A stretch of 64,000 bases of DNA from Tubiluchus corallicola (GCA_030141605.1 JAQGDQ010000208.1:310001-374000), one strand, 5' to 3'. Numbered from the stretch's first letter, positions 1 to 13,043 are shown. A program made the numbers and translations. The notes: a model not told the origin generated them from the letters alone.

Positions 1-110
1 TGCGCCGTACAGGTAGATTCGAGACATGGATCTGTATTTTTAGTTGCTGCAGTTCCGGATATGGATCCGTACCTTTAGTCACTGCCTTCTTTTTAAGGAA
101 ATCAGCATTT

Positions 111-300
111 ACAAGAGGACATCCTTATAAACTCTATAAAAACAGAGCCAGACTGGATGCAAGGAAGTATGCCTTCAGCAACCGAGTAGTAAACAGTTGG
201 AACAGTCTAAGCAACAAAACGATAGCATCTAAATCAATCAATGAATTTAAACGAAATTTCAAATACGAGTGGAATAAAAAAAAATTCTTGTACCATACAC
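111..300 (+). mobile_element. 3' fragment of CR1-clade LINE (ORF2 C-terminus)
   Basis: Translates TRGHPYKLYKNRARLDARKYAFSNRVVNSWNSLSNKTIASKSINEFKRNF. This matches the typical CR1 ORF2 C-terminal TRGH..KL...F(S)NRVVN.WN.L motif. Confidence 0.8.
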
Positions 301-477
301 ACACTAATGCAAGTAGAGAACAGGCATTACAGGTGATCCAAGGATCTACCTCTAGCTTTAACTTTAAGTTAACATTGGATATGGAAGTAGCAGCAAGCAT
401 TTTTGCATGCTAACTTTATCAATGTACAATAAGAGGTAAGATTAAACAGCACGCAAGCACTGAGTTCATGTATTGTT

Positions 478-518
478 AACCTTCAGAATGGCAACCATCA
501 ACCTTCAGAATGGCAACC
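478..518. repeat. 22-bp-period direct duplication (aaccttcagaatggcaacc x2)
   Basis: Two identical 19-mers separated by 3 nt. Confidence 0.85.
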
Positions 519-1100
519 AATTTGCAACTAGTTACTGACGTATCACATGCTGTGGACTTAACAGTATACAAAATATGCCTAAATTTAGCCAAGGCCTTTA
601 GTTGGTGCATAATGATAATGTAAAAAGCAACGAAAATGATAGGCTATACTAGCCCTGTACTTATATTATAGCCTAGGTGCATTGTCATTGACATTAGACA
701 AAGCTTTATTGGGCAAGTTTATATCCGTACAAAAAACCGATAATTATAAGAAAAACAAAATAACCAGAAACGAATCCGTTTTTTGGAAAGTGTTGTGCAC
801 TTTGGAAAGCACTGTCGATATAAACAGTTATTGTCATTAACTGTAATTAGTACTATATGTAGTTTTCTTTAAGAAAAATGCAAAATCAAGAAAATCACAC
901 TCACCATGATGGCCACGTGATCATCGATCATTCCAATAAAATCTAAGAAATAAAATGCAGTGTTTTTGTTACTTTCACCCACGCCACGTATACCTGTAAG
1001 CGTCGAGTTTTCCTCCTGGTGGAGACTTGGGATGGCTGCCAACTGTCAAGTAGTGGCTGGTACTGAACGACAGATATGTTGTGATTAAACTGTGAAGAAC

Positions 1101-1121
1101 TTGTTATTATTATTATTATTA

Positions 1122-1197
<76 letters not shown>
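1101..1197. repeat. (ATT)n microsatellite
   Basis: Near-perfect trinucleotide run; it explains the poly-I and poly-L ORFs. Confidence 0.97.
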
Positions 1198-1198
<1 letters not shown>

Positions 1199-1399
1199 CA
1201 GCCTAATACTGTACATAATGTGTACATTAGGCATTGTGTCATGCAATTTTTATGCCCAAAGTGCCGGTATATAATTGGCTTACTTCAAGAATGGTGCCTT
1301 CATACACTTTTATATGCAATCCAGAAAACCGAGAGTCACTTATTTTCAGTGTTACCATATGCTTAACATTGAACTTATTGTTATGCACTTGATAAAATG

Positions 1400-1750
1400 T
1401 AGTGGATCATACATAGGTCAGAGCATTCTCTACCAGAAAGCGAATTCGAATTGAATTAGAACTCTGTTATAAAGATCTTCGAACAAATTTTCGAACCATT
1501 TCTGCATGTTATTCGATTTTGTTCTGCAGTAAAATCACTAAATTATTAAAAAATTGTGCACAGAAATCACAGCTAAATTGTGCTAATTTCATGAAAATTC
1601 AAATGTTTTAATGATAAGGAAAATGATAATGTGGCTGAATTGCTGTGTTATTCGAATTTATAATTTTTAGATGAGAATTGAAATCGAACTAAAAAAAAAC
1701 TCGTGCGAATTCGATTCGCACGGTCAAACTCAAACGTTTGATACATCCTA
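1400..1750. mobile_element. Degenerate MITE with TTCGAA/ATTCG subterminal repeats (hAT-like)
   Basis: Clusters of cgaattcgaat, ttcgaac and gaattcgattcg at both ends. The right end acatccta resembles TAGGGATG-type termini. The left boundary is uncertain. Confidence 0.4.
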
Positions 1751-2799
1751 CTTTTTTGGCTTCATTCAATGTGGCTTTGCCGGTTTGCTATTATTATTAT
1801 TTTTATCATTGTTATTATTATTATTGTTGTTTTTAGCATGACAATGATCATGTTATGGGCTTAATCATATTCTTATTAATTTGTACTATTTTAGTTTCCT
1901 TTATGCCGTTGTCAACACCTGCTGATCAGTAATCACGGGTTTCATGATTTCTGGCTTTATTTAGTTTGTTGGTCGTCTTTATTGTTGGCTAGCCCTTTTG
2001 CATTAATTTAATGGCTTAGCTTTCATATCGTGTCATAAAAAAATATCATGTTAGATCTTCTCTTAACAAACAGAGGACCTCTCATGATTTGATTCATGTT
2101 GTTATGCGATATGATGCCACATGCCAAGTATCCACGATTCTACGTTGTGTATGTTTGCATTAATTTTGTCTTATTACACACAAGTACTGCTCGTGCTTGC
2201 TGCTTTGCTATGTAATTGGGCAACAATACGTGCGCCGTTCTGACTGACCCGCTTATGGTGAGTTTCAGGCGATTAAACGTGGGAGTTTTGAATTCTAGTT
2301 CAGAATAATTCTCTGCGAATTTATTAATTAAAATATTGGAAAGTGAGCCGTCGATACAGTTCAGCAAGAGCCTGATCTCAATTATGTCACAAGTGCAAAT
2401 TTAAGCCACATTTCGATATTAATTTTTTTTGTGGTGGAGGGGGTGGGTATGATGACATTACGGTGTTCCGGCATATCACATTCCTTCACTTCACACACAG
2501 CGGATTCACAGTTGCACCGTAGTTAGATTAATTAATATCCAGTCAGTAATTTTGTATACTGTTTTCTTATCAAACTTCACCATATAAATTGTTGCCTGTT
2601 ACCAATTTTTTATACTATTTTCTATAAATCGCTTTTTCTATAAGTTAATTTCTTTAATTCTTAAATTTCTTTAATTCTGTAAGTTTCTTTTTCTTAGCTT
2701 CTACTGTTTACGTTCTAATTGTTTTTTATTTCTTTTTTCCGTTTCAGTAGGCTTTGTATTCTCTCAGCATTTATATCTAAATTTATATCTTTGTAAGCT

Positions 2800-5700
2800 T
2801 GCATATGTTTGTGGTGCCTTCAATATAAATCTGCTTCATCATGAAAATAAAATCTATGTATCTAACTACTTCTCGATGATTTATGCCAACTGCTTCATCC
2901 CGCTAATTACCAAACCTACAAGAATAACTAGTAAATCTCAAACATTAATTGATCATATAATATATATACAGTAATGACTTAGCTAACCCCATAACGTCGG
3001 GCATAATACTCTACGAAGTTGCTGACTATCTTCCTGTTTTTGCAATAATTAAAAAGCCTTTAGTCAATAGGAAATTTCACAAGGTTACAATCAGGGATAA
3101 AACTAACTTCGTTAAAGAGAACTATGTGCTTGAGCTGCACGAAGCCTTAAATACTACTGATTTCTCCAACTTACATACTTATTAAGCATTTAACTTATTT
3201 TATGAAACTTTTAAAAGGATTACAAACAAACACTTGCCATTAAAAACCCTATCTAGGAAACAAACAAGAACTTACAAAAAACAATTGTTAACACTAGGTT
3301 TGATAAAATCAATAAAAATCAGAAGTAAACTGTACAAATCACACAAATTTTCTAATAGTCTGTATAAACAAAATTGCTGTAAAACTTATTCGAATATATT
3401 ATACCATACAAAGGAAAAACTAAAAAGCAATACTACCAGAAATTGTTGCTAAATAATAAAAATAACACAAGAAAGTTACAGACCACTATTAACGATTTAG
3501 CTAATCGTAAAAATAAAGCTACCATTCTGCCCAATAAAATAAAAATTGGGTATTGAACAAACAATGAAGCTGTTATATGTGAGGCATTTAATAATAACTT
3601 TACTACAATTGGAGCCGACTTAGCAGCCAAAATAAAACTAACTAACGAACTAATCCATAATGACTTTACATAATCCTGCTCAGAAGTTGTTTTTCTTTAA
3701 CCCTATTCTGGTGCAAGAAACTCTGGATGAACTTAATAATCTCAATAGTAATAAATCACCGGGACCTGATGAGATACCGATGTACTACTACAAATTAGTC
3801 AAACTGACATTAGCTTCAATATTGACTGATCTCTGTAACAAATCTATCACTTAAGCCACTTTTCCTGACTCACTTAAAATTGCTAAAGTTATACCAATAA
3901 TTAAATCTGACTCACTTAATGACTTAAGCAATTACAGACCCATTTCACTACTTTCCCCATTTGCCAAAATTTTCGAGAAACTAATATATAATCGTTTAGA
4001 TATTTTTTTGACTAAATTTAAGATACTAACAGATTTTCAGTTTGGATTTCGCAAAACCTACTCGACTGCCATGGCCACATCTGAGTAAATCGACAGAATA
4101 TTGGATAACATGGATAAGAAATTGTATACCCGTGGAATTTTTCTAGATTTACAAAAAGCTTTTGATACAGTACAGCATACTAAGCGACAAACTAAAACAC
4201 TATGGCACAAAAGGACACACACTTAACTTCTTTAGATCATATCTCTTCAATCGTAAACAGTTTACTGGCTCTGGGAACTACTGAATCAAAAACGGCTAAT
4301 ATTACATGTGGGGTCCCTCAAGGCTCAACCCTGGGACCCTTATTATTTTATTATTTTTATTTTATGTAAATGACCTACCTACCTGCTCTAGCCTTGAAAC
4401 ACGCATGTTTGCAGATGATACAAACTTATTCATGGCCGCATCTAATATCAAAAATTTAGAAAACACTGTTAATGACCAACTTGTCAAAATTGACACCTGG
4501 CTAAAGGCAAGCAAATTAATACTCAATTATCAAAAAACTAAGTTTGTTCTCCTTACCAATCACAGAACAAATAATGGTGTAAATAATTACCAAATTAAAC
4601 TTAACAATATTAACATAGATCGATCCAATGGAATTAAATATTTAGGAATCCACATTGATGACAAGTTAAACTGGAACTCACACATTCACCACTTAACATA
4701 TAAAATAAGTAAAATTGCTGGCATATTCTTTAAACTTAGACACTACTTAGATGCTCCAACACTCAAATTAGTATACTATGGTCTAGTGTTCCCTTATTTA
4801 GAGTATGGAATATTTACATGAGGATCTGCCAAAAAAACTACAATGCAACATCTTACTGTTTATCGAAATAAAATTGTTAAGGCTGTTTGCTTTGCTGGTA
4901 CTTGTGTAAAGCAGAATAAGCTAGAATTGGCCAAATTTGATTTTAAATTTAAAAATAATATGCTGCCCCAACTGTTTAACGGATATATGAGCGAACATTC
5001 TGCTTTACACAATTACCAAACTCGTTTTGCCTCAAATAATAGTATGAGTGTAGTAAGATATAATACAAACAAAGCCCAGTGCTCTCTTAAATATCAAGGC
5101 CCCCATATCTGGAACTCTATTCCCCAAGAAATTAAAAACAAATCAATTTATTATCTTATCAGTAAATATAAAGAAAAATTAATATCTCAGCATTCATCTT
5201 TGTAGATCTATGATATGCTAAAAGTAGTGTAAATTTTTGCTAAACTAAGTATAGTTTATAGCTACTATTTTCCTTACTTCCATTTAAGTTGAATGTTATT
5301 TCTAATAGGTTTTTCCATTATGTGTAAATTAAATTCACTAATAATCTCAACTGATGCTACTCAAGTTGATATTGCATTTCATTTATTTAAATACTAGATA
5401 AATTAAATACTAATGAGCAATTCACAGTGAATCCGGTTATTACAATGCCTCATTTATATATATATATATATATATATACAGATAATTTGCGTCACGCTGT
5501 ACAAATGCTTCAGTAAGCATTGCAGTTCAAATGTTATGGAGGTAAGGTACACCATTTGTATATCATGTAATCATCAATGCTAATCCTAAAGAATTTTAAG
5601 ATATTTTTGCTTTCAACTCTTTTCTTCATGACCAAACATACATGTTTATCCACTTTTGCTAGCTACAAGCGAAAAATTAAATTTTCTTTCTTCCTTTGGC

Positions 5701-6096
5701 TCTAGGTCCTCATAATATTAATTTTAAATATGCAAAGGTTAAATTATTATTTAAAGATAGTCATGTGTGTCTCTTCTTTCCCATTATTGAACATTATTTT
5801 ATTATAAACTAACACATTCATATAAAAATTCAGCTTTCATTCGTCTTAAATGCAAAATGTGATAATTTTTCATTACCTGTTGCATGCACATTAATTAATT
5901 AATTATATTAGTAACAATTCTGAGAGGGTGACTGACCTCGATAACTTATAGTTCCTTCGCCACCCTTTCACCACTAATCAATAATTACTTTTCACTTTGT
6001 AATGTTATTGTATGTTGTACAGATTTATAAATCACTTAGTTATGTATTTTGCTATTTTAAAGATGGTGGTAAACTAATGAACTTACTTACTTACTT
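2800..6096 (+). mobile_element. Decayed non-LTR retrotransposon (CR1 group, L2/Crack-like): APE endonuclease C-terminus, RT pseudogene, long 3' UTR and (ACTT)n tail
   Basis: Motifs occur in the expected order: CGAFNINLL (~2810), KPTRITSKSQTLIDHI (~2910), DYLPVF, KSPGPDEIP (~3754), KIAKVIP..NYRPISLLSPFAKIFEKL, QFGFRK, GIFLDLQKAFDTV, CGVPQGS.LGPLLF, MFADDT (~4405), KYLGIHID.KLNW..HI, WNSIP. There are many stops and frameshifts. The element ends in acttacttacttactt at 6081-6096. Confidence 0.93.
5455..5478. repeat. (TA)n microsatellite
   Basis: Dinucleotide run within the LINE 3' UTR. Confidence 0.9.
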
Positions 6097-6897
6097 GTAG
6101 ATTCTCACTAATTTTTGGCATCTGTTTTATTTTCAGAAATCATCACACTTCGGTACCACATCTATTTTTTATAATGTACTATTTGTCTCTCCAGATCATC
6201 ATTGGGTCCCAATCGCTTTTAGTCATTTTCTGCTTGAAGTTAAATCTTAAGGGTTTTTTGCCAACCTTCTTCATAATTTGCTTCTGTCAGTTTCATATTG
6301 AAAACTAAGCTGGGAATCATTGTTGTGAACTACAAGAACTGCCTTATTTTTATAGCTTTAATTCCTACAGCATCTCAGCTAATCCATTTTATAATTGATT
6401 TTCATGTATTGTATGCTCTACTTTCTTATTTCTCTTCTCAACAGTCGTGTTATAAATTCATGCTTGATTGGTATAGTCACCTAAGCATTTATGATAGCTG
6501 ACTCTTAATCGTTCCTTTTTTAATGTACATGTTACATTCATCAACCCTTTGACAGTGTAACAGACCAGCCGTTAGTGGTTTTTGAGTTATTACCATCTGC
6601 TGTAGTTTTTCACAGCTAAATGTAAACTTTTCGATCAGTGGCATAGCTAAGCTTGCCCGTGGTGGACCAGGTGAGTCTATAAGGTTAATAAAATTTATGT
6701 AAAATAATTATGTCAGTAATTATAATGTTTTTGTGAAAGATTATTAAAAGTGTTTACTATTTATTTCAGATGGTGATGCAGATTGGTTTCTCTTGAAAGA
6801 CTAGCATCATGATTGTAATCAGGATTGTTTCGTAAATGATTAATCAACAACTTGTGTTTGTGAATTGATAGACTTTGCCTAGAAGTACAACTTCATA

Positions 6898-7848
6898 ATG
6901 CATTTTTTAAACTTTCTTGCTGAACTGATGATGCAGTACATGGATCACACAACGGACACAGTGCTATGCTACTTTAAGGTGGCTTGCGAGAGTTTATCAG
7001 TCATTCAAGACCACTTTCTCATAATTGTGGCTGATTCTGTGCTTGCTGTCAATGAAAAATTTGTTGCTTTTCAAGAATACATGAATAGCAGGCATTTCTT
7101 GAGGTTTGGAGATACAGTGGAGTTAACTGAACAACAAAAACAAAGCGGCCTGATAGAAAACGTGTATTTCTGGTTCAGCGATGTTCTTTCCGAACCCGTA
7201 GTCATTTATAAAGCATCTCTGCATTGTATTCATAATGCTTTTTATGTTTTTACAAATTATGTGACTTTCCACAGTTATAACATTTGTACCTATATGATGG
7301 AGTTTTCTCACACCTTGAGGGCATGGTCATCAAATTTGATAAATCTGCTTTCTTACAATTACTTCACTTTTTGTAATTTAGTATATGACTGTTGTAAAGA
7401 CTTTCTCTTAAAGTGCTCTATGCTGATTTCAAAACTGAGCACAATTTTGTGGCACTACAGAATTTGTCTGGCTTTGTTTGTAGTGCTTACTATTTTGTTT
7501 TGGCTTTTCAAAATTTTGCTTACAATGAATTACAAAATGCAAAGACTTGCTACAGACACTGTGGAATCTTCTGAAGCAGGTATGTGGAAGCCAAATTTTA
7601 ATGAATCTGACTGCCTAAATGAATCCCTGGATAAAGGCACTATACTCAGAAAGGGTTCTAGAGAAATCTCTAGAAAATCACTGGGACTAAAAAAAGCAAA
7701 GCATTCTGCATCAGAGGAATTATTGGTGACCAAGATTTGGAAACTATTTTTAATGTTGACAACTTTGGTTTTGTCCTTCAGTATTCCATGGGAGTTTGCT
7801 TGTCAGTATCAGAAAGAAGTTGCAAAACGTGTAGCAGTTATGCACAAG
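6898..7848 (+). CDS. CLCC1: CLCC1-like (chloride channel CLIC-like protein 1), coding exon 1
   Basis: 317-codon ORF with hydrophobic segments (ICLALFVVLTILFWLF; LFLMLTTLVLSFSIPWEF) followed by QYQKEVAKR, resembling the CLCC1 TM..W...Y...A region. Phase-0 donor CACAAG|gtatat. An upstream UTR intron is suggested by cag|gtgagt (6669) and tttatttcag| (6769). The start codon is uncertain. Confidence 0.75.
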
Positions 7849-8848
7849 GTATATATTAATTTAGCAAACTCTAAGTGAAGTCTTTTAGCATTAATTATTA
7901 ACTTGACCATGACAAAACATTAAACGATTTTGAACTTGAGGAATGTTTAGGTTATTTCCTATTTACAACAAGCCAGATAATTTAAAGTGGCAATAGTTGG
8001 CATCTATAACACTGTTTAGTATATACCCCAGACTCATTTCCTGAACTAAATTTCTAAATATTCTTGGTTTTATATAAACATTTGTACACCCTTTAATTAT
8101 ATATGTGTGTGAGGGGTTACTGTAACATCTATTTTGAAATATCTGATAAAATTTTTATGCCTGACAGAGCCACGGCTATAAAAATGACATCACTACCGAG
8201 TTACAGTACAAAACCTACTACTGATAAACTTTTGGTTTAGTTGTTCTTGATAAACTGGCTTTTAATGAAATGCAGTGTAATTCACTGTTTAGGGTTATTT
8301 GTATCTTAATTACATAATTTGCGAGGACAATTAGAAAGCCTTTTTATTTCGTAAGTCTGTTTCAGTTTCATCCAGATATTTCTCTAGACATAGAATGGAT
8401 CAGTGTGAACTGAGAGTCTAGCTGACTAAGGAAAATCATTGCTATTCTGAACCTAGTCATTTTTACGCATATAAATGGACTGCTGCATCATTGTATTTTT
8501 ATTTTTAATTTTTTTATATGCTTTTTTCATACAAAATATTGATTTGGTCGTCCTCTACGTTAGGCATCTATCCTGGTAAATTAGATCCCTTTTCCTAAGA
8601 TACGGTTTTCTAAAGACATTGCAATTTAAAGGAATCGTTTAATTATTAAAAGAAGTTTCAGTAAGTAGTCTGTTAGATCAATTTGCAACATTTTAAAATG
8701 CCAAGTCTATACCTAATAAAGCATTTTTCTTATATATTTTTTAATAGTTTGATCCTTGTTCCATGGTTAACGTTCCATGTTTTTTCCATGGTGACTACAC
8801 AGTGCAATTGAACTTAATGATTTTCTGTTTTTTACTACCTATTTATAG

Positions 8849-9001
8849 GGCATTCCAGTGATCTGCATTACTAAAGAGTTGAGTTTGTGGCAATCAGCTA
8901 AACTGTGGTTCTACTGGCAGTTTTCTTGGTCAGAAAATGAATGTGACAAATATTACCATGCAGTTTTGCTTGACCCAGTTTGGGAGGTGTCTCCCGCAAA
9001 G
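8849..9001 (+). CDS. CLCC1: CLCC1-like coding exon 2
   Basis: atttatag|GGC...AAG|gtaagt, 153 nt. Encodes GIPVICITKELSLWQSAKLWFYWQFSWSENECDKYYHAVLLDPVWEVSPAK, matching the CLCC1 C.KYY..LL..P.W.V.P.K motif. Confidence 0.9.
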
Positions 9002-9187
9002 GTAAGTATGTGAGTTTTGTTACTGTGTATACTACTATTGCTACGTAACAAATCAACTATATATATATATATATATTATATATATATAAGTTGTAACCTT
9101 ACACTTGTAATAGACATATAAGTGTTGAATAAAACATCTTTTTGTATTAACAAAGTAAGTAATTTTAACTACTTGCGATTATTTCAG

Positions 9188-9781
9188 GCTCTTGCTGCTG
9201 CGATTACTCAGTTTGTTATCTCTCCCATGGAGATGGTCTTCCACGCAACTGGTCGTTCTTTTCGCATGCTTCTGTCTGAGGTGCCGCTTCAATGGCAACC
9301 AATCATTTTGGTTGTAACACTTTGTATAATGTTCGTCCTTTTAATTATGATGTGCAACTACAGATTAAGATTACCATTTTTCTTTTGTCTTGAACCACGA
9401 ACACCATTACACGAAAGGGTGTCAGTGGCAGGCTCACAATGTCGTGAATGTTGTTCTAAGCTACACTCTTCGCCAATTTTAAACAATCGAGTTAGTTATG
9501 TTAGGTTACAGCAGCATGTTGAGCAAAAGCATGATACAAGAAAGTCGAATCATATTTACTCTGAGCAGGTTAAATTATACGATCAGAATACACCAAAGAC
9601 TTGCTGCATTTCATCTGCAAAAAGAGATGCTACAAAGGGGAATTGTAGAGTTGAAGAAAGGGAGAACCATATTTCTAGTTCCTCAATGAATTATGGTCGA
9701 GAAAATAAATGGTTTTGTAATCAAGAAAAAATTCTCAAGACAAAGAGAACTCATTCTAAGCCTCTCAGGAGATTACTGTAA
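9188..9781 (+). CDS. CLCC1: CLCC1-like coding exon 3 (terminal)
   Basis: atttcag|GCT, phase 0. ALAAAITQFVISPMEMVFHATGRSFRMLLSEVPLQWQPIILVV... continues the CLCC1 AL...T.F...P.......G.....L..E.P motif and final TM segment. The spliced product is about 565 aa. Confidence 0.88.
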   Translation, partial: ALAAAITQFVISPMEMVFHATGRSFRMLLSEVPLQWQPIILVVTLCIMFVLLIMMCNYRLRLPFFFCLEPRTPLHERVSVAGSQCRECCSKLHSSPILNNRVSYVRLQQHVEQKHDTRKSNHIYSEQVKLYDQNTPKTCCISSAKRDATKGNCRVEERENHISSSSMNYGRENKWFCNQEKILKTKRTHSKPLRRLL

Positions 9782-10309
9782 AAATATTTGTGTGCTTGTC
9801 GCAAAACTTGCACGACTTTTAAAGACTGTTGTTTGGGTGCTTAGTCTTGTCTGGAATTATAAGAAATTATGGTTTTAAAAGCCCTAAAGCCCAAAAAACC
9901 GCTTCTTGATAAATTGTTTGTGATGTAAATTTGCTAATATTTATAAAATTTCTTCATTGTCTGCTGCTTGTTTTTCTTTACAGTTTAAGACTGGGTTGTT
10001 TTTAGGATTCGAAATTAAGTGTACTTTGTAATTTAATGGTATGTTTTTGAATGCTTTTATGTTTGTAGATCATGTACCTGTTTTCCTACCATGGCATATT
10101 GGTGACTACATGTTGCTTTGTGCCAGTTACGCTCACTTTTATTGAAATTTTGATTTTGTTACGTGTTTTTGCCATGAGCGATAACAAATTTGCTCACTGC
10201 AAACAGAGCACTATGAACTCTTAGCAATATTAGCGTGCGGCCTGTTATTACGACTATACCTGATGCACAATGTGTATTATTTTTGAGATTAGCAAGACTC
10301 TCATGTCTT

Positions 10310-10412
10310 AATAAATCTCATATTTGCAATTGAGGTGCACTTTCTTAGCAAAGTTATGAATTGAACAGAAGCAGGATTCAAAGTTATTTTAGCTAGTGTG
10401 TTTTTCAATAAA
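10310..10412 (+). promoter_or_regulatory. Candidate poly(A) signals of the CLCC1-like gene
   Basis: AATAAA at 10310-10315 and 10407-10412, downstream of the stop codon. Confidence 0.4.
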
Positions 10413-12107
10413 ATCATCTGTTCTGCAGATTTTTCAGTAGTTTAAAAAGACTGTTGAAAGTCTTATTTAATAACATGGATCAGTGTGTTTCATTATCCAT
10501 GCAATATAAATTTGAATAAGTATGCTTTAATGAACGTAGAGCTATGGTACACATTTTTCATTTGTTTATAATATAAATTTAGCTGGAGATTTATCATTTT
10601 TTGCGAATTGAATGTAGAGAACATCACATTAATTGAAAACGACACACATACAGATAAATACTTTATTCTATAACAATTTCCAATAAACTTTGTACAAAAT
10701 ATTACATTGTTCTGAAATGTGCAACACATGATTTCATAACAGTAAAAGACATGTATTGGTATCTTCTATCTAGCAGGTAAATCGGAATTCATTTGATTAA
10801 CAGAAAAACGCAAAATCTATACAAATTAATGCCAGAAATTTTTTGAGAATGGATAAACAGAAAATGTACTCATTTTATTACTCTATTAAAAATAATTGTT
10901 TCTCTACAGAATTAGGAAAGTATTAAAGTGATACATGATCATAAATAATTATTATCCTAATAACTGAAAAATATGCAAGTTTCTGGTAATACAATGAATA
11001 TAGTAACGTTCAATTATTTACAACATAATACATTATATAAAACATAACGCAAAACATGATTTATTTAATAAAATATGCAACATTACCTTTACGCAAAAAT
11101 ACTAGTTCTTTATATGGTGAGATTCCGTGCACTATGATATGCTAGCAAAAATAAGTTTCTGTCACTGAGAACTCGATGATGGGTAAGTGGCAAAACCGTG
11201 ACGCTCTGCTGATAAAAAAACCGCCACAAAAAGCAGAAATTACAAAAGAAAATTTCATCAGTTTTATAATGAACACATGCAGAGTTTGAGCAAATCACTA
11301 CACTACTTATCCAATCTGCAAGAAATTAGATTGCAGAAAAATGACAAAATAAAAACATACAATTGCAGCTCCTTGGCAAGTAGATTATAGTTGGCATGGT
11401 TAACTGATGTCATACTGACTTTCTATCCGCAGCAATGAATATACCTCTTTCCAAAATACAGTTTACTATTTAATATCATATTCTGCTGTAAGGTCCAACT
11501 ATATTTTAATTTTTAAAAGTAGTTATGTCTTACAATTACTGACCGTGATTTACACATTATTATCAACAGAATTACGTTGATATGTTATGTAGCACCATCC
11601 GAAGCAAGGCACGAACATTAACGGACGGTACAAAAAATTGATATAGCAATATTAACATGGCCTAACAGAGGTCAAATGCATTTACAAAATATATAAGCAT
11701 TATTTTATTACTGTACAATGATACAGTTTTACTACTTCGTAGATTTTCTTTGTAACAGATTTGGAGTAAAACTTTAGTCCAGTCCTCCGGATTAAGTACT
11801 GTAGTTTTATTGGCTATCGTTGCAGCCTCCAATGGAGCAAACTGTTCGCGACTTCGAGCTTTATGAAACTTATCACGATATGCCTGCATATCACAGAAGG
11901 CCTTCAAACAATTGTGGCCATCCTTCCTATGGTCAAAATCGTCACTTCACTATCATTCGGTGACGGTTTTCCAGGTCATTACTGTCACTGCCATCACTCA
12001 GTCTATTTTTAGGTCGTATTTTGATGGCTGTAGTACTGTGAAACTATGGCCGCAAAGTGAAATTGACATCACAATGAATGGCAACAGTCACAGCCTGTTC
12101 ACAGGTA

Positions 12108-12258
12108 TCAGTCACTGTCTTTTGGCTCAGGTTTTAGATCGACCATTCGATGCAGCTCTTCTGGAGAGTATCCTAGAAGGCTTTGCAAATCACAGACGAA
12201 CCTGTAGACGTACCGCTTCCCAGCCGTCTTGTGAATGATATTCTTATCATAATAATAT
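12108..12258 (-). CDS. ETS1/2: ETS1/2 (pointed-like) terminal exon, ETS domain C-terminus
   Basis: ttttgtag|A TAT TAT TAT... encodes (R)[49 protein letters not shown]. Confidence 0.97.
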
Positions 12259-12737
12259 CTACAAAAAGCAAAGAAAAAGTGTAAGAAGAAGCAAATTTAA
12301 AGAACATGGAGAAGCATGTGTGAATCTGCCTTGGGCACAAATGCAGGGCTTTGTAAATTAAAAAACCAAGTTCTATTTTACTGCTATTCTAAACTTCAAA
12401 TATCATCTTGCAAAGCATAACAAATACCAGCAATATGAGCTTAAGGCAGACAACGAAAATAGCCTATTAGTCTATATTGCTCAAACTTCGATTGTCATTA
12501 GGACATAGATGCATACAAAAATCTGCAACTAAAAAGACACGTATATACACAACAAAGAAGTAGGTTATTAATAAGTCAGGTACAAATTCTGAGCAAACGA
12601 ATGTCTCGAAATTTTTTTAAGGTTTTCTAATGTTGAAAGACAGTGAAATATGAGTAACAATTTTTATATTTACATGAAATTTATTTATAAAAAGCACATA
12701 CAGTAAAAATAACACGATATAACTTTTACCAACTTAC

Positions 12738-12927
12738 CTAAGGCCACGTGACAATTTTTCATAGTTCATTTTTGGCTTATTTTTGCGTATGCCCCATCGT
12801 CGGGCAACTTCATCAGGATCTGATAACTTGAATTCCCAGCCATCGCCCGTCCAAGAAATGAAGTTTTGGCAGCTCTGATCAGTTAGAAGTTCTAGTAGGA
12901 ATTGCCACAGTTGAATTGGACCGCTAC
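12738..12927 (-). CDS. ETS1/2: ETS1/2 exon, ETS domain N-terminal part
   Basis: aaacag|GT AGC...CTT AG|gtaagt. Encodes (G)[62 protein letters not shown](R). Confidence 0.98.
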
Positions 12928-13043
12928 CTGTTTGTGGGAGAGTAAAGCAAACATCTTTAGAAAATGGCCTTTGAAAGGCCTGTTCCTAATCAATCTTTAG
13001 AAAATCTAATACTGCAACTTTGAACATCATGGACAATTAATTA

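Noticed and set aside
905-992. ER-stress (CCACG) elements upstream of the CLCC1-like gene
   Set aside because: They do not match full ERSE or UPRE spacing and lie ~6 kb from the CDS.
943-1274. Poly-Ile and poly-Leu ORFs
   Set aside because: They are translations of the (ATT)n microsatellite.
2200-2263. First exon of the CLCC1-like gene (ttatg|gtgagt)
   Set aside because: A single donor motif with no other support.
11912-12238. 108-aa + strand ORF
   Set aside because: Antisense shadow of the ETS terminal exon and 3' UTR.
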